From the NCBI GenBank assembly GCA_041649115.1, contig JBAZNT010000001.1, positions 12,325 to 76,324 on the forward strand: DNA of 64,000 nt. Reading direction: 5' to 3'. Made by a program: the position numbers and the translations under genes. The DNA comes from Candidatus Omnitrophota bacterium. Its GTDB lineage: Bacteria; Omnitrophota; Gorgyraeia; Gygaellales; Profunditerraquicolaceae. Position 1 is the first letter of the stretch. The number at the start of each line of letters is the position of its first letter. Under the pieces are notes generated by a model. The model saw nothing but the letters and a program-made list of their open reading frames with translations. It was not told the DNA's origin and did not search any database. Positions 54,719-63,250 of the stretch are shown one piece after another.

Positions 54719-56809
54719 ATGAATATCATGCAGATATTGCCGGAGCTGAACGTCGGCGGCGTGGAGAGCGGGACCCTGGATCTGTCCAGGCACTTGGTGA
54801 AGGCCGGACACAAGGCGGTGGTGGTTTCTCACGGCGGCGGATTAGTGAAAAATATAGAGGCAGTCGGCGCCGTCCATTACACCCTGCCGGTGCATAAGAA
54901 ATCTTTTTTTTCGATGATGAGGATGGTGCCGCGCCTTGCAGAAATTATCAGGAAGGAGAATATTGATATCGTGCATGCCCGTTCTCGCGTGCCTGCCTGG
55001 ATTGCCTATTTTGCCTGCCGCCGCACCAGGACAGTTTTTATTACCACCTGTCACGGTTATTACCGGAGGCACCCTTTTAGCTATGTGATGGGCTGGGGCA
55101 AAAGAGTGATTGTCCTAAGCAATGTCATCGGCAGGCACATGATTGACGATTTCGGGGTGCCCCACGAGAGAATCAGGTTTATACCGCGAAGCGTAGACCT
55201 CCAGAGGTTTAAATATATAAGCCCCGATGCCAAAAGGAAACAGGATTTTAACGTCGGCATTATCGGCAGGATTACGCCGCTTAAAGGACACCTCCATTTT
55301 ATCAAGGCGATGAGCAGGGTTGCCCGTCAGATTCCCCGTTTGCGCATCTGGATTGTCGGCGATGCCCCGGCATCCAAAGAGGCATACCGCGAGCAGGTGC
55401 AGGTCCTGGTGCGCCGGCTTGGCCTCTGGCACTGTACGGAATTTCTCGGTATCCAGAGGGACATCCCGGCGATTATGACGCAGTTGGATGCGTTGGTCCT
55501 GGCTACTACTACGCATGAGGCTTTCGGAAGGGTGATTGTAGAGGCGCAGGCAGCGGGGGTTCCGGTAGTGGCTACAAAGGTAGGGGGGGTAGTGGATATC
55601 ATCGAGGATAACAGGACCGGTTTCCTGGTGGCGCCGGCTGAAGAGGAGGACATGGCAGAGGCGGTCTTGAAGATTTATCGCGACCCGGGATTAGCCGCAG
55701 GCCTGGCTGAGCGTGCCTACCGAAAGATCCAGGAGAAATACAGCGTAGAGCTGATGGTCAAGAGCACCATGGATGTTTACGGGGAAGCGCTCGATAATTT
55801 TAAGGCCCTGGTTATGAAGTTTAGCTCGGTGGGAGACGTAATCCTGTCGGTTCCGGCAATCCGCGCCCTTAAGAAGAAATTCGGCAGGCGTTATAAAATT
55901 AGCTGCCTGGTGGGGGAGTCTTCAAAGGACGTCCTGATGCGCTGTCCTTATCTTGACGAATTATTGGTATGCGATTTCAAAAACCGCGATCTCGGAGCAA
56001 AGGGGTTGCTCGGATTGGGACGGATGCTTAGAAAGAGGAATTTCGACATAGCGATAGACCTGCAAAACAACCGCAGGAGCCATATACTGGCAGCGTTGAG
56101 CATGAGCCCGGACCGCTATGGTTACGATAACAGGAAGCTGGGTTTTCTTCTGAACCACCGCCTCAAGGATTCCAAGGCTTTGATTGAACCGGTAAAGCAC
56201 CAGTTTAGGGTTTTGAATATGTTGGGCATCGGGCTGGAAGATGCGTACCTGGAGTTGTGGCCGTCTGAAGACGACCGGCGCTACATAGATGAGTTTTTGG
56301 ATTCGGAATGGCTAAGCGCAAAACAGGCGCTGGTGGGGGTAAATATCAGCGCCAGCAGCCGTTGGCTTACCAAAGACTGGCCGCTGGAACACATCGCCAG
56401 GCTATGCGAGGAGCTGAAAGAACAGGATATACGCGTGGTAGTAACGGGGACATCCGGAGATATTGCGCAAGCCAGGGCGCTTTTGGGGATGACGCGGGAT
56501 GCCAGGCCTATCAACGCCTGCGGTAAGACTACCGTAAATCAGCTCGCCTGCCTCATCAAGAGATGCGGCGCCTACATATCTTCTGATTCCGCGCCGCTGC
56601 ATGTGGCAGCCGCAGTCGGCACCCCCTTTGTTGCGCTTTTCGGCCCGACTGACCCCAGGAGACACCTTCCTCCGGCTGAAAATTTTATCGTGATAAGAAA
56701 AGACCTAAGCTGCGGACCATGCTATAAATCCAAATGCCGCAGACCAAAATGCATGCAGTTGATACGGCCGGAAGAGGTGCTGGAGGCGGTCGGCAGATTT
56801 TTAAAATGA
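54719..56809 (+). CDS. fusion: GT4-type glycosyltransferase + GT9 heptosyltransferase domain
   Basis: The N-terminal half has GGVESGTLDLSRHL and EAFGRVIVEAQAAGVPVVAT (E-x7-E region). The C-terminal half starts VMKFSSVGDVILSVPAIRALKK and ends ISSDSAPLHVAAAVGTP, as in GT9. Confidence 0.82.
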   Translation: MNIMQILPELNVGGVESGTLDLSRHLVKAGHKAVVVSHGGGLVKNIEAVGAVHYTLPVHKKSFFSMMRMVPRLAEIIRKENIDIVHARSRVPAWIAYFACRRTRTVFITTCHGYYRRHPFSYVMGWGKRVIVLSNVIGRHMIDDFGVPHERIRFIPRSVDLQRFKYISPDAKRKQDFNVGIIGRITPLKGHLHFIKAMSRVARQIPRLRIWIVGDAPASKEAYREQVQVLVRRLGLWHCTEFLGIQRDIPAIMTQLDALVLATTTHEAFGRVIVEAQAAGVPVVATKVGGVVDIIEDNRTGFLVAPAEEEDMAEAVLKIYRDPGLAAGLAERAYRKIQEKYSVELMVKSTMDVYGEALDNFKALVMKFSSVGDVILSVPAIRALKKKFGRRYKISCLVGESSKDVLMRCPYLDELLVCDFKNRDLGAKGLLGLGRMLRKRNFDIAIDLQNNRRSHILAALSMSPDRYGYDNRKLGFLLNHRLKDSKALIEPVKHQFRVLNMLGIGLEDAYLELWPSEDDRRYIDEFLDSEWLSAKQALVGVNISASSRWLTKDWPLEHIARLCEELKEQDIRVVVTGTSGDIAQARALLGMTRDARPINACGKTTVNQLACLIKRCGAYISSDSAPLHVAAAVGTPFVALFGPTDPRRHLPPAENFIVIRKDLSCGPCYKSKCRRPKCMQLIRPEEVLEAVGRFLK

Positions 56810-57885
56810 GAATACTGTATCTTGTCAACCACCTCAATATCGGAGGCATCACTAGCTATATCTTATCCCTGGCCTGCGGGATGAAGGCCAGGGGGCATAC
56901 GGTTTATGTCGCTTCCAGCGGCGGGAGGATGGAGGATGACTTAAGGCGCAGAGGCATTGTCTGCATCAGGGCGCCGCTTAACACCAAATCCGAGGCAAGC
57001 CCGCGCTTGCTTTTGAGTTTTTTAAAGCTGCTGCCTCACCTTAAAAAAAACAGCATTGACCTCGTTCATTGTAATACCAGGGTAACGCAGGTATTAGGGT
57101 GTTTCCTGGAGCGTGCCAGCGGGATAGCGCATATTTCCACCTGCCACGGGTTCTTTAAAAGGAGGGCCTCGCGTCTGCTCTTTCCTTGCTGGGGGAGGAA
57201 GGTCATCGCTATCAGCGAGGCGGTACGCGAACACCTGATGAGAGATTTTAGAGTTAATCCCAAAAATATCGTCGTAATCCACAACGGTATTGACGCGGAA
57301 AGGTTTGTGGTCGGAGTTAAGAAAGACCCGGGTTTAGGGCAGGGGCCGGTGGTCGGGATCATCGCGAGACTTTCCGACGTAAAAGGACATGCTTATCTTA
57401 TCCGGGCAATGCAGGAGGTCGTAGCGAGATTACCATCGGCGAGGCTTTTGATTGTGGGTGAAGGCAAAATGAAAAGGGAGCTTATGGAGTTGACGGTAAG
57501 CCTGGGGCTGGAGGAGAGCGTCAGATTTTCACCGGAGGTAAGCGATAGCCGGGATGCCTTATCGGAAATGGACGTGTTTGTCTTGCCTTCCCTGGCAGAG
57601 GGATTGGGCTTAAGCCTGATGGAGGCGATGGCAGCCGGCCTGCCGGTAATCGGCTCCGATATCGGAGGCATCAGAAACCTGATTCAAAATGGATACAACG
57701 GCCTCCTGTTTGAGAGCCGCAACATAGACGCATTGAGCCGGGCGATTTTAGAATTATTGCAGGATCAAGAAAAGAGACAGCGGCTGGGGGCTAACGCCGC
57801 AAGGTTCATCAGGGAGAATTTTTCTCTCTCACGGATGACGGAAGAAACGGAGGAAGTTTATAAAAAATGTTTTGGCGCAGGTTAA
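56806..57885 (+). CDS. glycosyltransferase family 4 (GT-B)
   Basis: MRILYLVNHLNIGGITSY and EGLGLSLMEAMAAGLPVIGSDIGG. The ATG overlaps the upstream stop (ATGA). Confidence 0.85.
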   Translation: MRILYLVNHLNIGGITSYILSLACGMKARGHTVYVASSGGRMEDDLRRRGIVCIRAPLNTKSEASPRLLLSFLKLLPHLKKNSIDLVHCNTRVTQVLGCFLERASGIAHISTCHGFFKRRASRLLFPCWGRKVIAISEAVREHLMRDFRVNPKNIVVIHNGIDAERFVVGVKKDPGLGQGPVVGIIARLSDVKGHAYLIRAMQEVVARLPSARLLIVGEGKMKRELMELTVSLGLEESVRFSPEVSDSRDALSEMDVFVLPSLAEGLGLSLMEAMAAGLPVIGSDIGGIRNLIQNGYNGLLFESRNIDALSRAILELLQDQEKRQRLGANAARFIRENFSLSRMTEETEEVYKKCFGAG

Positions 57886-58676
57886 CGATATTTGTTTTGA
57901 TAATTCTTATGATTCTGGGGGGAGGCGTTTATCTTTGGTTCAATAAGCTGATGCAGGAGCATTACGTGGCACCGATACTGATGTACCACTCTATAAATCC
58001 CAAGAGCGATAAGGTCCTCAGGCGGCTGATAGTAAGTCCCCGCTCCTTTGAGCGCCAGATGCGTTTTTTCAAAGAGCATCGTTATAATGTGATGCCCCTC
58101 GTATCCCTGGCGGCATTAATCCGTGATAAAAAACCCATACCTCCGAAGACCGTCGCCATTACCTTTGACGACGGCTACAGGGATTTTTACACCTACGCCT
58201 TCCCGGTACTTGAAAAATACAGGCTCCCTGCCACGATGTTTATCATTGTGGATGAAGTAGGCCGGTCCGGAGGGGACAGGCTTAGCTGGCAGGAGATCAT
58301 CCGGATGCAGGAATCGGGCCTGGTTACATTTGGCAGCCATGCCATGGGACCGGAGCCGCTCATAAAGATTAAGTCCCCGTCAGAGTTAAAAAGGCAGATA
58401 TTTTTATCCAAGAGGATACTGGAGGAGAAGCTGGGGCAGCGGGTAAAGGCGTTCAGTTATCCCGAAGGGATGTTTAATCCCGTTATCCGGCAGACGGTTA
58501 TTGACGCCGGTTATAAACTCGCGGTAGCTACCCATCCCGGCAGAGACCATCCCGATGACGATGCCTTTGCCCTGAAGAGGCTGAGGATATCTTACAGCTC
58601 CGATAATCTTTTGGTGTTTTGGTTTGAGACGTCCGGGGTATATAATTTTATCCGCGAGTGCGACAAAGACAACTAA
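57867..58676 (+). CDS. polysaccharide deacetylase (NodB/CE4 family), membrane-anchored
   Basis: N-terminal TM helix, ITFDDGYRDFYTYAFPVL, ATMFI, FGSH. Confidence 0.85.
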   Translation: MFWRRLTIFVLIILMILGGGVYLWFNKLMQEHYVAPILMYHSINPKSDKVLRRLIVSPRSFERQMRFFKEHRYNVMPLVSLAALIRDKKPIPPKTVAITFDDGYRDFYTYAFPVLEKYRLPATMFIIVDEVGRSGGDRLSWQEIIRMQESGLVTFGSHAMGPEPLIKIKSPSELKRQIFLSKRILEEKLGQRVKAFSYPEGMFNPVIRQTVIDAGYKLAVATHPGRDHPDDDAFALKRLRISYSSDNLLVFWFETSGVYNFIRECDKDN

Positions 58677-58686
58677 AAAACCAAAG

Positions 58687-59712
58687 ATGTCCAAGCGCAT
58701 ACTTATCTTTAACGTAAACTGGCTGGGTGACGTGCTTTTCTCTACCGCCGTAATCAGAAACCTGCGGCGTAATTTCAGAGAGGGTTATCTGGCCTGTGTC
58801 GTCCCCAGCCGCTGTTACGCCGTCCTGAAAGATAATCCTTACCTGGACGAAATTATTATTTATGACGAGAAGGACAGACACAGAGGCCTTTTGGCAAAAC
58901 TGCGTTTTATCGGCTACCTCAAAAGCAAGAGGTTTGACACCGTTTTCCTGTTGCACCGTTCCGCAAGCAGGGCCTTTATCTGCTGGATGGCAGGGATACC
59001 CGAACGCATAGGTTATTACACCCCCAAACGGGGGTTTCTGCTTACCAAAAGGATTGCGCCCCTGCCTCAGGATAGCCTTCATCGCATTGATTATTATCTT
59101 AATATCATAGAGAAAGCAGGGTTGAGGGTTGAGGATAGGTTCAGCGATTTCTTTGTCAGTGACAATGACCGTGAGGCAGCCGGGCGCTTCCTCGAGACCA
59201 ACGGGGTGGAAGATAATGATTTCCTGGTAGGGATAAATCCCGGGGGCAACTGGATCCCTAAGCGCTGGCCAAAGGGGCATTGGGCGCGCCTGGCCGATAT
59301 GCTGATTGAGAAGCTTGGCGCCAAGGTTATCATTACCGGCAGCCCCTCCGACGCCGCTCTCGCAGGAGAGATCAGGCTTTTGATGAAGGGTAAGCCTTTG
59401 GCCGCCTGCGGTGAAATCAATCTCAAGCAGTTCGCTGCCATGGCGATGAGGATGGATCTATTTATCTCAGCCGACAGCGGTCCGTTACACATTGCCAATT
59501 CTGCGGGGTGTAAGAATATTATTGCTATTTTCGGCCCTACCTCCCTGAAGGTTACCTCGCCGTATCCGTTAAAGAACGTAAATATAATGCAGAAGGAGGT
59601 CGGTTGCGTTATCCCCTGTTATGATAAGGATTGCCGGGATAACCGTTGTATGCAGGCCGTGACGCCGGAAGACGTTTTCCGGCAGGCCGCCGAGATTAAA
59701 AACAAGAGATGA
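58687..59712 (+). CDS. GT9 heptosyltransferase-family glycosyltransferase
   Basis: ILIFNVNWLGDVLFSTAVIRNL, GGNWIPKRWP, ISADSGPLHIANSAG. Confidence 0.85.
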   Translation: MSKRILIFNVNWLGDVLFSTAVIRNLRRNFREGYLACVVPSRCYAVLKDNPYLDEIIIYDEKDRHRGLLAKLRFIGYLKSKRFDTVFLLHRSASRAFICWMAGIPERIGYYTPKRGFLLTKRIAPLPQDSLHRIDYYLNIIEKAGLRVEDRFSDFFVSDNDREAAGRFLETNGVEDNDFLVGINPGGNWIPKRWPKGHWARLADMLIEKLGAKVIITGSPSDAALAGEIRLLMKGKPLAACGEINLKQFAAMAMRMDLFISADSGPLHIANSAGCKNIIAIFGPTSLKVTSPYPLKNVNIMQKEVGCVIPCYDKDCRDNRCMQAVTPEDVFRQAAEIKNKR

Positions 59713-61757
59713 AAATCCTATTTGTTACTTTGAGTAATATCGGGGATGCCATCCTTACCCTTCCTGTTCTGGATAGCCTGCGCAGTAATTTAGCTTCCCC
59801 GCGCATTACGGTAGTAGCTACCAGCCGCACCGGAGAGATATTCCAGGGTGTCCCTGAAGTCGAAGAGGTGATAGTTTACGACAAGCACGCCCCCTTAAGG
59901 GAAAAGATCGCGCTTTTGAGGAGGCTGCGGGAGAAGGGGTTTGATGCGGTAGTGGACCTGCGCAACAGTCTCCTGGGGGTTTTGACCCCGGCCAGGCAGA
60001 AGACCTCTTCTCTCCTGCATCCGCCGGCCGCGATAAGGCACATGAAGGACAGGCATCTTTATAAAATCAGCCGCATTATCAGTAAATTGAAAGATAAGAA
60101 TGCTGCCAGCCGCGGCAGTATGCTTGGGGCGAGGCCGGAGGATGAGGATTACATCAACAGGCTCCTGGAGGGATGCGGTATTTCCTCCCGGGATAAGATT
60201 GTCGTTGTAGGTGCGGGGGCCAGAAGCAACACCAAGAGGTGGCCGAGCGATAAATTTCTGGAGCTGGCCGCTGAGCTCGTCAGGGAATTGCGTCTTGCGG
60301 TCATTCTCTCCGGAGACAAAGGCGACGCGCCGACCAACAGCTATATCAGTCAACGTATCGGAGACGGCGTCTTTGACTTCTCGGGATTGACTACTATCCC
60401 GCAACTGGCATCTCTTATCAGGAGGGCGATGGTCGTTGTCACTAACGACAGCGCCCTGCTGCATCTGGCAAGCTACTTAGATGTGCCTGTGGTTGCCATA
60501 TTCGGACCGACCGATGAGGATAAATACGGCCCCTGGTCGCAAAATAAGGCGGTGGTAAAAAAAGATATCTTCTGCCGGCCGTGCCAGAAGGCCCAGTGCC
60601 GTTACTCTTCGCTTAAATGCCTGCAGATTATAAGTGTAGAGGATGTCATGCGCCAGGTGAGGAAGATGGTTGACCCGCAGGCCAGAGAGGCGGCATTGCG
60701 TCCAAATGCCCCCGGTAAGGATTTTAAGCGCATCTTAGTGGTGCGTACCGACAGGATAGGGGACGTAGTTCTTTCTACTCCCGTCATCAGGGCGCTCAGG
60801 GATAGTTATCCGCATGCCTATATCGCGATGATGGTCTCTGCCTATGCCAAGGATGTAGTAGAAGGCAATCCCTGCCTTGACGAGGTGATTATTTACGATA
60901 AGGAAGCCGAGCATAAGGGCTGGCTTGGCAGTTTCAAGTTCGCCAGAAACCTCAAGAAAAAAAGGTTTGAGCTGGCGTTGATTCTGCACCCTGCCAACCG
61001 GGCGCATCTGGTTACTTTTATCGCCGGCATACCCATGCGCGTAGGATATGACCGTAAATTAGGATTCCTGCTTAGCGATAAGGTTAAACACCTCAAGCAC
61101 CTCGGCCAGAAACACGAGCTGGAATACAATCTTGATCTTTTGCGTTACCTGGGCATCGAGGCAGATGATAAAAAAACATTTATGCCTATAAAAGCGGAGT
61201 CAGAACGCTGGGTTGAGAATGTATTGCTAAAAGAAGGGGTAAAACCAGCTGATAAACTCTTGGCTTTGCATCCGGGCGCCAGTTGTCCTTCTAAGATCTG
61301 GCCTTCGGGAAGATTCGCCGAGGTCGCCGATAAATTATCGTTGAAGCACGGTCTCAAGGTTATCATCCTGGGCGGTCCGAAGGATGCTGTTTTGGCCGGG
61401 AGGCTCGCAGGCCAGATGCGCACGAAGGCCTTTAACCTGGCAGCAAAGACATCAGTCAGTCAACTGGCAAGCATCATCAGGCGCTGCAGGCTTTTTATAT
61501 CCAATGATTCCGGGCCGGTGCATATCGCCTCTGCAGTAGGCACGCCGGTGATATCGATATTCGGACGTTCGCAGGAGGGCTTAAGCCCGAGGCGCTGGGG
61601 GCCATTAGGGCTAAAGGATAGAATACTGCATACAAAGGTGGGTTGCATTGAATGCCTGGCGCATAATTGCACGAAAGATTTCGCCTGTCTTAAGGCAATC
61701 GGCGTAGATGACGTTTTGGCTGCCGCAGATTCCATTCTTAGAGATGGAGGGGGCTAA
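59709..61757 (+). CDS. tandem GT9-GT9 double heptosyltransferase-family protein
   Basis: It contains two complete GT9 modules. The first runs MKILFVTLSNIGDAILTLPV...VTNDSALLHLASYLDVP. The second runs ILVVRTDRIGDVVLSTPVIRAL...ISNDSGPVHIASAVGTP. Confidence 0.85.
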   Translation: MKILFVTLSNIGDAILTLPVLDSLRSNLASPRITVVATSRTGEIFQGVPEVEEVIVYDKHAPLREKIALLRRLREKGFDAVVDLRNSLLGVLTPARQKTSSLLHPPAAIRHMKDRHLYKISRIISKLKDKNAASRGSMLGARPEDEDYINRLLEGCGISSRDKIVVVGAGARSNTKRWPSDKFLELAAELVRELRLAVILSGDKGDAPTNSYISQRIGDGVFDFSGLTTIPQLASLIRRAMVVVTNDSALLHLASYLDVPVVAIFGPTDEDKYGPWSQNKAVVKKDIFCRPCQKAQCRYSSLKCLQIISVEDVMRQVRKMVDPQAREAALRPNAPGKDFKRILVVRTDRIGDVVLSTPVIRALRDSYPHAYIAMMVSAYAKDVVEGNPCLDEVIIYDKEAEHKGWLGSFKFARNLKKKRFELALILHPANRAHLVTFIAGIPMRVGYDRKLGFLLSDKVKHLKHLGQKHELEYNLDLLRYLGIEADDKKTFMPIKAESERWVENVLLKEGVKPADKLLALHPGASCPSKIWPSGRFAEVADKLSLKHGLKVIILGGPKDAVLAGRLAGQMRTKAFNLAAKTSVSQLASIIRRCRLFISNDSGPVHIASAVGTPVISIFGRSQEGLSPRRWGPLGLKDRILHTKVGCIECLAHNCTKDFACLKAIGVDDVLAAADSILRDGGG

Positions 61758-61764
61758 ATAAATT

Positions 61765-62184
61765 ATGCCGGAATTCGGGGTCGGTCTTAAAAAGGAAAAG
61801 ATGTTGCATGATAAGATGCGCCAGCTGGGGGTAAGAGAAGATGATATCGTCGAGAAATTCAGCCGTTCCCAGGGTCCTGGCGGACAGAATGTCAATAAGA
61901 CCTCCACTTCCGTCTGGCTTAAACATATCCCCAGCGGCATACAGGTGAAATGCCAGCAGGAGCGTTCCCAGGCACTTAACCGTTATATAGCCCGCAGGAT
62001 CCTTTTAAATAAGATTGAAAATGTGGTATTAGGGAGGCTTTCCGAGGAGAGGAAGCGCATTGAGAAAATACGCAGGCAGAAGCGCAGGCGTTCGCGCAGG
62101 GCGAAGATAAAGATATTGGAAGCCAAGCGCCGCCAGGCAGAAAAGAAGCTGTTACGCCAGAAGGTTTCAGGTCCCGATTATTAA
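61765..62184 (+). CDS. arfB: ArfB-like peptidyl-tRNA hydrolase (mini release factor with GGQ motif and basic tail)
   Basis: RSQGPGGQNVNKTSTSV...CQQERSQ..N followed by a Lys/Arg-rich C-terminal tail. 139 aa. Confidence 0.75.
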   Translation: MPEFGVGLKKEKMLHDKMRQLGVREDDIVEKFSRSQGPGGQNVNKTSTSVWLKHIPSGIQVKCQQERSQALNRYIARRILLNKIENVVLGRLSEERKRIEKIRRQKRRRSRRAKIKILEAKRRQAEKKLLRQKVSGPDY

Positions 62185-62185
62185 G

Positions 62186-62262
62186 CAGGGACGGTTCTGA
62201 AGTTGTTCTTAACCTGTCCCCGGGCAGGGGACGGGTTAGCTTCACCTCAGGAACCGCCCCTG
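62186..62262. repeat. nested-hairpin intergenic repeat, copy 5
   Basis: CAGGGACGGTTCTGAAGTTGTTCTTAACCTGTCCCCGGGCAGGGGACGGGTTAGCTTCACCTCAGGAACCGCCCCTG. It starts 2 nt after the arfB-like stop. Confidence 0.9.
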
Positions 62263-62320
62263 CTTAAGGTGGTTAAAAAGGTTGATTTAGCGCTATTTTA
62301 TGATAAAATTATAGACTCAT

Positions 62321-63250
62321 ATGCTTAATATAAATAAAATAAAGACATATTCCATAAGAAGAAGGCATAGCAAGGTGGATAAGGGCAGCTTTGCCAAGCC
62401 CCCTGCCAAGGCAAGGAGTTTTTTGGGGTTTTACCGTTCCCTGCCGCGGATCCTAAAGGCCCGGGATTTACACGAGGTAGTAGACGCGTTGGTAAAATCC
62501 AGACGCGCCAAAAAGGGGATAATTTTTATGGCCGGCGCGCATGTGATTAAATGCGGCTTAAATCCGGTCTTGATTGAGTTAATCAAAAAAAAGGTTATCA
62601 CCTGTCTTTGCCTTAACGGCGCAGGCATGATTCATGATTTTGAGATTGCCTTTCAGGGGAGGACATCAGAGGACGTAGCCAGCAGCCTTAAGACCGGAAG
62701 GTTCGGGATGGGCCGCGAAACCGCGGATTTTATAAACGGCGCCGCCAAGGAAGGTGTGACAGCCGGGTTAGGCCTGGGGGCTTCGCTGGGTTATAAGATT
62801 TCAGTTTCCAGATTACCTTACCGCTCCAACAGCATTATATACCAGGCGTATAAACATAAGGTCCCGGTGTGCGTCTTTGTCGCAATCGGAACCGACATTA
62901 TTCATCAGCATCCTTCGTTTGAGCCCGCCTTGACCGCAAAAGGCAGTCTCAGGGATTTCCATCTTTTGGCAGAAGAGATATCCAGGATTAATAACGGGGG
63001 AGTGGTTTTGAATTTTGGCTCCGCCGTAATATTGCCGGAGGTATTCCTAAAGGCCCTGAATCTGGCGCGTAATCTGGGAATGAGGGTGCATAATTTTACG
63101 AGCGCGAATTTCGACATGAGTTATCATTACCGTCCGCAGCAAAACGTGGTATCAAGACCTGTTGCCTCCGGAGGGAGAGGTTACTATATCGTCGGCCATC
63201 ACGAGATTATGTTGCCTCTCTTGGCCCAGGCGGTGCTGGAAAAGATATGA
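62321..63250 (+). CDS. hypothetical protein, possibly deoxyhypusine-synthase-like fold
   Basis: 309-aa ORF. The segment IIFMAGAHVIKCGLNPVLIELIKKKVITCLCLNGAGMIHDFEIA parallels, from memory, the DHS segment IFLGYTSNLISSGIRE..L....VDVLVTTAGGVEEDLIK. The assignment is weak. Confidence 0.35.
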   Translation: MLNINKIKTYSIRRRHSKVDKGSFAKPPAKARSFLGFYRSLPRILKARDLHEVVDALVKSRRAKKGIIFMAGAHVIKCGLNPVLIELIKKKVITCLCLNGAGMIHDFEIAFQGRTSEDVASSLKTGRFGMGRETADFINGAAKEGVTAGLGLGASLGYKISVSRLPYRSNSIIYQAYKHKVPVCVFVAIGTDIIHQHPSFEPALTAKGSLRDFHLLAEEISRINNGGVVLNFGSAVILPEVFLKALNLARNLGMRVHNFTSANFDMSYHYRPQQNVVSRPVASGGRGYYIVGHHEIMLPLLAQAVLEKI

